Assembly (NCBI GenBank): GCA_043821645.1
Contig: JBDRCO010000023.1
Location: forward strand, 32,001 to 96,000
DNA length: 64,000 nucleotides
Direction of reading: 5' to 3'
DNA from: Pseudomonadota bacterium
GTDB taxonomy: Bacteria > Myxococcota > JACRCW01 > JAFGSX01
The first letter of the stretch is position 1. Each line of letters opens with the position of its first letter. The translations under genes were made by a program, and so were the position numbers. Below are positions 27,966-37,400 of this stretch, in pieces. A model generated the notes under the pieces. That model was not told where the DNA came from, ran no database searches, and worked only from the letters and a program-made list of their open reading frames with translations.

Positions 27966-29183
27966 TCAGTCCCGGATACACCGGCTGCTGTCCGCGGCCG
28001 GCGACAGGCAGCGCTCGTTGGCGTTGCAGTCGCCGTCGCCGTCGCACTCATCCACCATCACGGTCAGGCGATAAGGCCCGTCGTCACTCCCCGCGTAGCC
28101 ATCCGCCACGATGGTCAGCGTGCTGTAGCTGGGGTTGTTGAGCACCAGCACCTCGGGCTGGTTGTTGGGGTAGCTGTCGGCGCAGCCCACGTTGGTGGAT
28201 CCGCAGATCGAGGCCGCCACGTACACCGCGCTATCCCAGGAGCTGGTGCTGGGACCGGCCTCCAGGGTAATGGTGACCTTCTGCACTGCCCGGGGCAGGT
28301 TGAACTCGTAGATGTCCTCGGGGCCGTTCGCGCTGCCGCAGCTCCCGGTCGGGCTAAAGTTGCTGTCCGCGTCCGAGGTGTTGCCCTCGACGCTCACCGT
28401 CATGCTGTCGTCCCAGGGATAGGGGATGTACGCCATCTCGTTGTCGCAGTCGTGGCCGCTGACGCAGGCATAGGTCGAGCTGCAGTGCCCGTAGTAGCCG
28501 ACGCTGCAATGCTCGTCGTAGATGCACGCCCGCACCAGGCAGGTCCCCGTGTACTTCTCGCACTTGCCCGTGGCGCAGTCCCCGTCGACCGCGCAGGCCA
28601 CGCAGGCGCCATTCTGGCACGCCGGGGTGGGTGCATTGCAGGGGCCACAGGAACCGCCGCACCCGTCGTCACCGCAGACACGTGTGCCACAGTGCGCTGT
28701 GCATGCTGCGTCGGCGGAGCCCGCGTCGGTGCCACCGGCGTCGCTGCCCAACGCCGCGTCTGTCGACGTCGCGTCTGCTGACGTCGCGCCATCCTGCGAC
28801 GAGGCCTGGTCCTGACCCACGGCGGCATCCGGCGTCGCGGTATCCGGGGCGGAGGTCCTGTCCGGGGCCACTGCAGCGTCACTCGGCGGCCTGGTGTCGT
28901 GCTGGCTCGCGGTGTCGAGCTGCGCGCTGCTGTCCCGCTGCGTCGCCGTGTCCGGGGCGCTGGACGTATCCGGCTGCCAGGTGTCCGCGTGCACCACCAC
29001 ATCCGCGGGCACACCCGCGTCCGAGATCAGCACCACCGGCCGTCGTGCGATGCAGGCCTGGTTGACGCAGATCTCGCGCTCGCTGCAGTCCGCCTCGGTC
29101 TGGCAGGGCTGTGCACCGGGGCAAGCCAGCTGCACGGGCAGAGTCGCGACACTGCACAAGGCGACGACCTGGAATGCTTTCAC
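27966..29183 (-). CDS. Cys-rich lipoprotein with Asp-periodic stalk and a PPC-like domain
   Basis: QLAC lipobox-like motif; CQTEADC..C....C; CGDDGCGGSCGPC; C-terminal EDIYEF...D..VYV...ADGY...GPYRL. Confidence 0.75.
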   Translation of the reverse strand: MKAFQVVALCSVATLPVQLACPGAQPCQTEADCSEREICVNQACIARRPVVLISDAGVPADVVVHADTWQPDTSSAPDTATQRDSSAQLDTASQHDTRPPSDAAVAPDRTSAPDTATPDAAVGQDQASSQDGATSADATSTDAALGSDAGGTDAGSADAACTAHCGTRVCGDDGCGGSCGPCNAPTPACQNGACVACAVDGDCATGKCEKYTGTCLVRACIYDEHCSVGYYGHCSSTYACVSGHDCDNEMAYIPYPWDDSMTVSVEGNTSDADSNFSPTGSCGSANGPEDIYEFNLPRAVQKVTITLEAGPSTSSWDSAVYVAASICGSTNVGCADSYPNNQPEVLVLNNPSYSTLTIVADGYAGSDDGPYRLTVMVDECDGDGDCNANERCLSPAADSSRCIRD

Positions 29184-29435
29184 GATGCCGCTCCGTCAAA
29201 TGCGTGGCCCGGGTCGGGCTCGGGCAGGACTGTCCTGAAGCACCCTAGCAGTCGCCTTGCCGGCGCCTCAAGCGGAGGCGCCCCCGGCCGAGGTCTCCCC
29301 CAGGACAACCTGGGAATGACATGAACAGGGTGTAACATATTGCATTTGCTCTGTTATTTTTTTCTTTCCCAGACCACATCCAGAACCCTGGCTGCGCCGG
29401 TCCAACGGTCAGGTCCAGCGCGACAGGAGGTTCAC

Positions 29436-29579
29436 ATGTCTTTACTCGATAACATTCAGACCATCGACCTGGTCTTTTTACCGATGCTGCTCTTGCTCGT
29501 GCTGGCGGTTGTGGTCGAATTCCTGGCCTCCTACCAGATGCCTCCGTTCAGCCCTGGCATCTCCTTCACGAGGAGTTGA
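29436..29579 (+). CDS. Small 47-aa membrane peptide
   Basis: Strong AGGAGG RBS; hydrophobic LVFLPMLLLLVLAVVVEFLA; stop lies 3 nt before the next start codon. Confidence 0.45.
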   Translation: MSLLDNIQTIDLVFLPMLLLLVLAVVVEFLASYQMPPFSPGISFTRS

Positions 29580-29582
29580 ACC

Positions 29583-30233
29583 ATGCGCCAGATCTCCCTC
29601 CACCTGTTCTTTGCGTCGACTCTGGTCCTCGTCGCTGCCTCGGCGCGGGGCCAGGATCTCGCCGGCACGGCGGTCGAGACAGGTACAGAATCCACCTCTC
29701 CCTCGTTGGACGCCGGAACCGGCGCCGGGTCGCAGCCAGCCGTGGTCCCGGACAGAGATCTCACGCCCGAGGTGATGCAAAAGCTGTCGGCCGAGCAGAT
29801 CGTCGATCTGATCAAGACCCGGCAGAAGCAAGAGCTCATCCTGGGCAACGGGTCGAGTCCGGCGGCCACCGAGACCTGGGGCGTCGAGGTCATCGTGCCC
29901 GTCGCCTTCCTGTTCTGCGTCGGTTTCATCGTGGCCAGCGTGCTTTTCTTCCGCTTCCGTCGCCACAGGTTGATCCAGGAAACCCTGCGCCTGATGGTCG
30001 AGAAAGGCCGCGACATCCCGCCCGAGCTGCTGGTGCCGGTGACGCCACCGCGCTCGGACCTGAGGCGAGGCATCCTGCTCATTTCCGTGGGGGTGGGAGT
30101 ATCGACCTTCCTGCTGCTGGTGGCCGAAGAGGCCGAAGGTGCCTGGGGCCTGGGCATGATCCCCCTGCTCATAGGTGTCGCCTATCTCGTGGTCTACAGG
30201 CTGGCTGGTGATGGCACCCGCTCGAACAGCTAG
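29583..30233 (+). CDS. DUF6249-like membrane protein (ECF-associated)
   Basis: Signal peptide and TM, then RRHRLIQETLRLMVEKGRDIPPELL...SDLRRGILLISVGVG...GLGMIPLLIGVAYL. Confidence 0.8.
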   Translation: MRQISLHLFFASTLVLVAASARGQDLAGTAVETGTESTSPSLDAGTGAGSQPAVVPDRDLTPEVMQKLSAEQIVDLIKTRQKQELILGNGSSPAATETWGVEVIVPVAFLFCVGFIVASVLFFRFRRHRLIQETLRLMVEKGRDIPPELLVPVTPPRSDLRRGILLISVGVGVSTFLLLVAEEAEGAWGLGMIPLLIGVAYLVVYRLAGDGTRSNS

Positions 30234-30254
30234 CCAGAGGCGGACGGCACAGGC

Positions 30255-30797
30255 ATGGCACTGTCCGACGCCGATCTGGTCGCGCGCGTCCTCGCCGGAG
30301 ACGACAGGCACGCCTTCGCCGAGCTCGTGCGCCGCCACCAGTCCACAGTGCGCGGCCTGCTGCGGCGCCTCACCTGTGGCGATGCAGCCTGGGCCGACGA
30401 CCTGGCCCAGGATACCTTCGTGCGCTCCTACCGCGGGCTGGCCGGGTTTCGTGGAGGCGCACGCCTGTCGACCTGGATGTACCGCATCGCCTATCATTGC
30501 TACCTCGACGACCTGCAGCGTCGACGCAGGGCAGAGGTGAAGGTCGATGGCACGGTGCACAAGGACATGGGTTTTGCTCGCCGCGCGGCCTTGCAGCACG
30601 ACGTCGAGCGCGCCATGGGTGTGCTCGACGAGCGAGAACGGGCGGTGATCGCCCTGGCCTACGGGCAGGACCTGAGCCAGCAGGATCTGGCGGACCTGCT
30701 GGACATGCCCCTGGGCACGGTCAAGACCGTGCAGGCCCGGGCCAAGGACAAGCTACGGGTGCGGCTCCAGGTCTGGGCGGACGGAGGTACGGCATGA
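30255..30797 (+). CDS. ECF RNA polymerase sigma factor
   Basis: Region 2 ADDLAQDTFVR...STWMYRIA and region 4 LADLLDMPLGTVKT. Confidence 0.92.
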   Translation: MALSDADLVARVLAGDDRHAFAELVRRHQSTVRGLLRRLTCGDAAWADDLAQDTFVRSYRGLAGFRGGARLSTWMYRIAYHCYLDDLQRRRRAEVKVDGTVHKDMGFARRAALQHDVERAMGVLDERERAVIALAYGQDLSQQDLADLLDMPLGTVKTVQARAKDKLRVRLQVWADGGTA

Positions 30798-31108
30798 CGG
30801 AGCAGCGCGACTGGCTCGACGAAGTGCTGGAGCAGACCTCGCACATTGACGACGCGGGCTTCTCGGACCAGGTGATGGCAAAGCTGCCTGCGCGACGCCA
30901 GCGCGCCGGGCTCCGCGATCTGGTCCTGGCCGTGGCGGCTCTGGGTGGCGGCCTGCTGGCCTTCGTGGTCACCCCCGGCCTGCGCGTACTGGGCGGGGCC
31001 GCACTCGAGGTCGTGCGCTACCACCCGGGAGCGAGCATCCCCGTGCTGTCGCTGCTGCTGTTGCTGACCTTTGCCACGGTGAGCGCGATCCTGGTGCAGG
31101 AGAACTGA
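30794..31108 (+). CDS. Putative anti-sigma membrane protein (DUF5056-like)
   Basis: ATGA overlap with the sigma gene and a GGAGG RBS; IDDAGFSDQVMAKLP followed by two TM helices. Confidence 0.75.
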   Translation: MTEQRDWLDEVLEQTSHIDDAGFSDQVMAKLPARRQRAGLRDLVLAVAALGGGLLAFVVTPGLRVLGGAALEVVRYHPGASIPVLSLLLLLTFATVSAILVQEN

Positions 31109-31130
31109 GCGCTGCACGTGACAGACTTCG

Positions 31131-31805
31131 CTATCCCCTGATCATGGGTACGAAGCGCACAGCCACACCGTGGCTCATGCGGGAGCTGCCGTCCTGTCGC
31201 TTCTCGACGACGACCAGTTCCTGATCCGCACCTCCCACCGGGAGCACCAGGCGACCGCCCGGCGCCAGCTGGTCGATCAGCGCGCGAGGGATCTCCAGCG
31301 GCGCCGCAGCCCCCACGATCAGGTCGTAGGGTGCGTGCTCGAGCCAACCCTGGTAGCCGTCGGCACAGGCCACGGTCACGTTGCCGTAGCCAAGCCGGGC
31401 CAGCCTCTGCACGGCGGCCCCGGCCAGAGCCTGCAGCAGCTCGACCGAATAAACCTCGGCCACCAGCTCGCCCAGCACTGCAGCCTGGTAGCCAGAACCC
31501 GTGCCCACGTCGAGCACGCGAGCGCTCGCGGTCGGCCGCGCCAGCTGGGTGGTCAGGGCCACGATGTAGGGCTGCGAGATGGTCTGGCCCTGCCCCAGGG
31601 GCAACGGGCGATCGTCGTAGGCTTCGCGCTCCAGGGTCGGCGACACGAAGCAATGTCGAGGTACCCGCTCCATCGCATCGAGCACGCGCGGGTCCTGGAT
31701 ATCCCGCGACCGAAGCTGCCGCGCCACCATGTCCAGGCGGCGCGTGCGCTGCTCCCAGCTCTCATCCGGATCGCGGGGCCCGCGCCCCTCATCCCCCGCG
31801 TGCAT
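31131..31805 (-). CDS. pcm: Protein-L-isoaspartate O-methyltransferase
   Basis: VPRHCF, AYDDRPLPLGQGQTISQPYIV, VLDVGTGSGYQAA, QLAPGGRLVLPVG and VRFVPM. Confidence 0.95.
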   Translation of the reverse strand: MHAGDEGRGPRDPDESWEQRTRRLDMVARQLRSRDIQDPRVLDAMERVPRHCFVSPTLEREAYDDRPLPLGQGQTISQPYIVALTTQLARPTASARVLDVGTGSGYQAAVLGELVAEVYSVELLQALAGAAVQRLARLGYGNVTVACADGYQGWLEHAPYDLIVGAAAPLEIPRALIDQLAPGGRLVLPVGGADQELVVVEKRQDGSSRMSHGVAVRFVPMIRG

Positions 31806-31900
31806 GCTCGCATTGTAGCGCGCAACCGGCGCTGGACGAAGCTGGCCCCGGGAGCTCGCCGGGGACTGGCCCGCGGGCTCATCCGACGACGGAAAAAGGC

Positions 31901-31929
31901 TTGACCGTGCGACGGTGGTTCGCTACGAC
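31901..31929 (+). promoter_or_regulatory. sigma70-like promoter of tRNA-Phe
   Basis: TTGACC-N17-TACGAC, ending 15 nt upstream of the tRNA. Confidence 0.55.
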
Positions 31930-31943
31930 AGCGCGACCAGCTC

Positions 31944-32016
31944 GGCCAGGTAGCTCAGTTGGTAGAGCAGTGGACTGAAAATCCACGTGTCGACGGTTCA
32001 ATTCCGCCCCTGGCCA
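31944..32016 (+). tRNA. tRNA-Phe (GAA)
   Basis: Acceptor stem GGCCAGG/CCTGGCC, D-arm GCTCAGTTGGTAGAGC, anticodon arm GTGGA-CTGAAAA-TCCAC and T-loop TTCAATT; CCA not encoded. Confidence 0.95.
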
Positions 32017-32017
32017 T

Positions 32018-32047
32018 AGGAAGCTCCTGCGAGCTTCCTTTTTTTTT
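32018..32047 (+). terminator. Rho-independent terminator
   Basis: AGGAAGCTC-ctgc-GAGCTTCCT followed by a T run. Confidence 0.9.
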
Positions 32048-32055
32048 CAGCGACG

Positions 32056-34212
32056 CTAGGGCAGCTGGATGGGCTGGTAGGCCATGGCCCCGGTGGCAGG
32101 ATCGCCCCAGGCGCAGGTCAGCTCGACCAGGGCTGGCGCCGTTGCGACCAGGTTCACGTCGACCTGGTAGCGACCCGGCGTCAGCACGCGCACCGCGCTC
32201 ACGTCGACCAGCCCGGAGGCGTCGCAGCTCGCCACCCCGCTGAGCAGCACGTCGTCGATCATCGACCACAGGCCGGGAGCCGAGGCCTCGACGGTCAGCG
32301 CCACGCGCAGGTCCGGGTTGTGAGCCACCCCGGGGCTGAAGGCCGACAGGTTGAAGCACACGGGCTCACACTGCCGGTCCGCGGCGTTGTACATGCTGCC
32401 CCAGCCGACGCGCTGCCAGCCGGTGCCATCTCCCAGGTCGGCGAGCACGGTGACCCGCTCACCCATGTAGCCCGCGACGTCCCCGGCCTGCAGGCACAGC
32501 TCGAGGTCACCGCTGATGCCGCGGGTGTCGACGTGGTGCGAGATCGTCCACGAGGCCGCTCCCTCGGCCCAGGCACTGCTGCCGCTGCCGGTGCAGCCGG
32601 CCGTCGAGCAGCGCGGGCTTCCACTCACCGACCAGTCCCGCCAGCCGTCGGGGATGGGGTCGGGGCAGCCGTCGAAGGGCTCGCGCAGCAGCTCGACCGG
32701 CGCGGACGCCGGGCAGTCCGTGCGCCAGCCGTACAGGTACAGGTTGTCCACGCGCATCTCGTCACCGTCGTTGTGCGAGTGGGCGATGACGGTGACGGTG
32801 ACCGCTGGGTGGCCGCTGGCCCAGCTCGGGAGGTCCGCGCACACGGTCTGGACGCCACCACGCCAGTGGACGTCACCAGGGGTGCAGGAGATCTGGCTGG
32901 GCGCGCTGAGCCCTTCGCTGACCTGGACGACCACGGCATCCGACGCCGTGGCATAGGCCTCACCCACGTCGAGGCAGAAGCGAAGGTCCTGCAAGCCAGT
33001 GAGATCGAAGGTGCGACGGAGTCGCCACTCGCGCCTTCCGGCGATGCCGCAGTTGAGCGCCCTGTCGCTGCGGAGCCGGAAACCGTCAGGGGTCGCGTCA
33101 CACAAGGTGCCGAGCTCGGCACAGCACTCCTTGCTCGTGCTGGTGAGGACGCAGTTGTCCACCCGATCCGTGCAGACGTTTCCCTCGACAAGTTCCCATC
33201 CATCGAGCGAGCACATGTCGCTGTCGTCCTCGAAGTCCGCGCTGTTGACAAGGGTAAAGCCCGCGCGCGCGCTGCACGACAGGCAGGCGCTCTGGTCGCT
33301 GCTGAGGCCCCCCGGCTGCAGGGTACAGGTCGCCTGGCCGCTGGCCTGGGCTGCGCAAGTCATCAGCATGTCCTGCGGCGGTGTGCCACAGCCCGTGGGT
33401 CCGGGGAAGCACCCGGGGCGGCACTCCTGCCCGGCCAGCATGCAGCGGCCATGGTCCGGCGTGCCCGCGCACTGACCCTGGGCATCGCAGATATCGCCGA
33501 CGGTGCATGCGATCCCGTCGTCGCAGTCGGCATCGGGTGTGGTCTCGGTGGTGCACTGACCTGTGCCAATGTTGCACTTTCCCACGACGCAGGTCGCATC
33601 GAGGCCGGCGCAATCCTGGTCCCGGTGACAGCCCGCTGCGTCGCCCGCGCTGACGTCGACGGTCGCAGCATCGATCGTGTTCCCATCGACGGACGAGGCC
33701 TCGGCAGCAAACCTGTCAGGCCACGCCGCCTCGGCCGGGCCACGATCCAAGACAGCCGCCTCAATGCCAGCGAGGTCCGTGGCTGCCGCGTCGACGGGGC
33801 CGGAATCTGCGCTGAGGATGTCGGGCTGCCAGCGCTCAGAAGCCGCCAGATCCGACCTCGCCTGGTCCGGGAGCTGACCATCTGCCCGGTGTCCATCGCC
33901 CGCGACTCCGTCGACCCTGCCGCGGTCGAAGACAAGGGCATCCACCATGGCGCGGTCCGCGACGCTGGCGTCCGGTGCCAGAGGTAGACACACGCCGTTG
34001 CGGCAGCCCTCATTGCGCCGGCACACGTCGCTACTGTTGCAGACCTGCCGACAGGCATTGTCGACGCAGAGTTCCGAGTCGAGGCACTCCGAGTTCTGGG
34101 CGCAGGGCTGGCCCAGGCGCGCAGCTGGTGGGCACGCTGTTGCCAGCAGGTACAGACCAAGCGCCAGAGCGTGGCCAGGGCCCCGCGTCAGCCTGTAGGA
34201 GTTCGCGTGCAT
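32056..34212 (-). CDS. Cys-rich lipoprotein with period-5 Asp stalk and two beta-sandwich-like domains
   Basis: LLATAC lipobox; Cys-rich modules (CDDGIACTVGDIC); two similar C-terminal domains (FDLTG..LRFCL / VDTRG..LELCL; RVDNL / MIDDV). Confidence 0.78.
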   Translation of the reverse strand: MHANSYRLTRGPGHALALGLYLLATACPPAARLGQPCAQNSECLDSELCVDNACRQVCNSSDVCRRNEGCRNGVCLPLAPDASVADRAMVDALVFDRGRVDGVAGDGHRADGQLPDQARSDLAASERWQPDILSADSGPVDAAATDLAGIEAAVLDRGPAEAAWPDRFAAEASSVDGNTIDAATVDVSAGDAAGCHRDQDCAGLDATCVVGKCNIGTGQCTTETTPDADCDDGIACTVGDICDAQGQCAGTPDHGRCMLAGQECRPGCFPGPTGCGTPPQDMLMTCAAQASGQATCTLQPGGLSSDQSACLSCSARAGFTLVNSADFEDDSDMCSLDGWELVEGNVCTDRVDNCVLTSTSKECCAELGTLCDATPDGFRLRSDRALNCGIAGRREWRLRRTFDLTGLQDLRFCLDVGEAYATASDAVVVQVSEGLSAPSQISCTPGDVHWRGGVQTVCADLPSWASGHPAVTVTVIAHSHNDGDEMRVDNLYLYGWRTDCPASAPVELLREPFDGCPDPIPDGWRDWSVSGSPRCSTAGCTGSGSSAWAEGAASWTISHHVDTRGISGDLELCLQAGDVAGYMGERVTVLADLGDGTGWQRVGWGSMYNAADRQCEPVCFNLSAFSPGVAHNPDLRVALTVEASAPGLWSMIDDVLLSGVASCDASGLVDVSAVRVLTPGRYQVDVNLVATAPALVELTCAWGDPATGAMAYQPIQLP

Positions 34213-34353
34213 GCTCTCGAATTATGCGCCCGGCCAGGCTCGGCAGCAACCGGGCCCGGCTACGTGGGCGCGCTCGCCGCCCTCCCGGCACCACCGCGCC
34301 ACGCATCGCTGGCTCTGCCCCGGGCTGGTGCGGTGCATCTCCGACGACCCACC

Positions 34354-34394
34354 AAAAACGAACCGGCCACCCCCTTGTCGAGAGAGTGGCCGGT
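34354..34394 (-). terminator. Rho-independent terminator after the repeat-protein gene
   Basis: Minus-strand RNA ACCGGCCACUCUCU-CGACA-AGGGGGUGGCCGGU followed by UCGUUUUU; the G-U pairs form only on this strand. Confidence 0.8.
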
Positions 34395-34443
34395 CCCGGG
34401 ACGCCCTCCGCCGACGGGTACGCCCGTCAACGGCCCCACCGGA

Positions 34444-37400
34444 TCAGTCGATCGTCTTCATCGCCGCGATCATGGCGGCGTACTCGTTGACCGGGATGCC
34501 GGTCATGCCCCGCGCCTGGGCCGCCTGCGCAAAGCCCTCGTACATCTCGAACTTGGCCCGCGCCGAGGGGCTCATGCGGCCCCAGTTCTCGGTCGCGAAC
34601 TTCTTGAAGTCTGCGTACTCGTTGCCCGCGGCCTGACCGTCCAGGTCGGCGGTGCCCTTGATCAGCGCGTTCTCGAAATCCCGACCGCTGATGACGCCGG
34701 GCTTGTCCTTGAGCTCGGCGATGGCCGCGCCCGCGCCCGCGTCACGGTAGCCCGCGGTGTGCATCTCGGCCTTCATGCGCTCGTACTCGCCCACCGGGAT
34801 GCCGGTGTTGCCCCGGGCCTGGTTGCGCTGGGCGTGCTTCTCGTAGACCTCGTACTTGGCCTTGGCCTCGGGGCTGAGCTCGTTCCAGTGCTCCTTGGCG
34901 AACTTCTGGAAGTCCGCGAACTCCTTGCCCGCGGCCTGGTTATCCAGGTCCTTGGTGCCGTCGATGATGGCCTTCTCCATGGCGTCGCCGCTGATGGGTC
35001 GCGGCCCATCCTTGAGCCCCGCAATGGCAGAGCCAGCGCCCGCGTCCTGGTAGCCCGCGGTCTTCATCTCGGCCTTCATCTTGTCGTAGTCCGCGACGTT
35101 GATGCCGCTCTGGCCCTTGGCCCTGGCCGCCTGCGCGTACTTCTCATAGACCTGGTACTTGGCCTTGGCGTCGGGACTCAGGTTGTTCCAGTTCTCCTTG
35201 GCGTACTTGGCAAAGTCGGCGAACTCCTTGCCCGCGGCCTGGCCGTCCAGGTCCTTGGTGCCGTCGATGATCGCCTTCTCCATGTCGGCGCCGCTGACCG
35301 GCTGCGCGCCCTGCTTGAGCCCCTCGATGGCCGCGCCCGCGCCCGCGTCCTTGTAGCCCGCGGCGCGCATCTCGTTCTTCATCTGGTTGTACTCGGCCAC
35401 CGGGATGCCCGTGTTGCCCTTGGCGCGGTTAGCCTCGGCGTGCTTCTCGTACACGCCCCACTTGGCCTGGGCGTCGGGTGACAGGTTGTTCCAGTTCTCC
35501 TTCACGTACTTCGACAGGTCGTCGTACTCCTTGCCCGCGGCCTGGCCGTCGAGGTCGGCGGTGCCGTCGATGATGGCCTTCTCCATGGCCGCGCCGCTGA
35601 TGGGCTTGGGCTGCTGCTTGAGCCCCTCGACGGCGGCGCCGGCGCCGGCGTCCTTGTAACCCGCGGTCTTCATCTCCGCCTTCATCTGCTCGTACTCGGC
35701 CACCGGGATGCCGGTGTTGCCCTTGGCCTGGTTGGCCTTGGCGTGCTTGGCGTAGACCTCGTACTTGGCCTTGGCGTCGGGGCTCAGGTCGTTCCAGTTC
35801 TCCTTGGCGAACTTCTCGAAGTCGGCGAACTCCTTGCCGGCGGCCTGGTTGTCAAAGTCGGCAGTGCCGTCGACGATGGCCTTCTCCATGGCCTCGCCGC
35901 TGATGGGCTTGGGCTGGCCCTTGAGGCCCTCGATGGCGGCGCCGGCGCCCGCGTCCTTGTAGCCGGCGGTCTTCATCTCGGCCTTCATCTGCTCGTACTC
36001 TTGCACCGGGATGCCGGTGTTGCCCTTGGCCCGGTTCTGCTCGGCGTGCTTCTCGTAGACCTGGTACTTGGCCTTGGCCTCGGGGCTCAGGTCCTTCCAG
36101 TTCTCCTTGGCGTACTTCTGGAAGTCGGCGAACTCCTTGCCCGCGGCCTGGTTGTCAAAGTCCTTGGTGCCCTCGATGATGGCCTTCTCCATGGCCTCAC
36201 CGCTGATGGGCTTGGGCTGGTTCTTGAGGTCCTGGATGGCCGCGCCGGCGCCCGCGTCCTGGTAGCCGGCGGTCTTCATCTCGCCCTTCATCTTCTCGTA
36301 CTCGGAGGCCTTGATGCCCGTCTGGCCCTTGGCCTGGGCGGCCTGCGCGTACTTCTCGTAGACCTGGAACTTGGCCTGGGCGTCGGGGGACATCTTGTCC
36401 CAGTTTTCCTTGGCGTACTTCTGGAAGTCGGCGAACTCCTTGCCCGCGGCCTGGTTGTCGAAGTCCTGGGTGCCGTTGATGATGGCCCGCTCCATGGCCT
36501 CGCCGCTGATCGGCTGCGGCTGCTTCTTCAGGTTCTCGATCGCCGCGCCGGCGCCCGGGTCGGCGTAGCCGGTGCGCCGCATCTCGGCCTTCATCTGGTT
36601 GTATTCCTGCACCGGGATGCCGGTGTTGCCCTTGGCGCGGTTGGCCTCGGCGTGCTTCTCGTAAACGCCCCACTTGGCCTGGGCGTCGGGCGACAGGTTG
36701 TTCCAGTTCTCCTTCACGTACTTCGACAGGTCGTTGTACTCCTTGCCCGCGGCCTGGTTGTCGAAGTCCTTGGTGCCGTCGATGATGGCCTTCTCGAGGG
36801 CCTCACCGCTGATGGGCTTGGGCTGCTGCTTGAGGTTCTCGACGGCAGCGCCCGCACCTTGGTCCTGGTAGCCGGCGCCCTTCATCTCCGCCTTCATCTG
36901 CTCGTACTCTTGCACCGGGATGCCGGTGTTGCCCTTGGCCTTGTTGGCCTCGGCGTGCTTGGCATACACCTCGTACTTGGCCTTGGCGTCGGGCGACAGG
37001 CTGTTCCAGTTCTCCTTGGCGAACTTCTGGAAGTCGGCGAACTCCTTGCCGGCCGCCTGGTTGTCGAAGTCCTTGGTGCCGTCGATGATGGCCTTCTCCA
37101 TGGCCTCACCGCTGATCGGCGTCTTCTGCTGCTTGAGGTTCTCGATGGCGGCGCCAGCGCCGGTGTCCTTGTAGCCGGCGGTCTTCATCTCGGCCTGCAT
37201 CTTGTCGTAGTCGGCGACCTTGATGCCGGTCTGGCCCTTGGCCTGGGCGTCCTTGGCGTACTTCTCGTACACGCCGTACTTGGCCTTGGCGTCGGGGCTC
37301 AGCTGGTCCCAGTTCTCCTTGGCGAACTTGGAGATGTCGGCGAACTCCTTGCCCGCGGCCTGGCCGTCCAGGTCCTTGGTGCCGTCGATGATCGCCTTCT

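Noticed and set aside
31131-31805. Functional link between pcm (isoAsp repair) and the flanking Asp-ladder lipoproteins
   Set aside because: Pcm here has no signal peptide and is a common housekeeping gene, while the stalks are extracytoplasmic; proximity is the only evidence.
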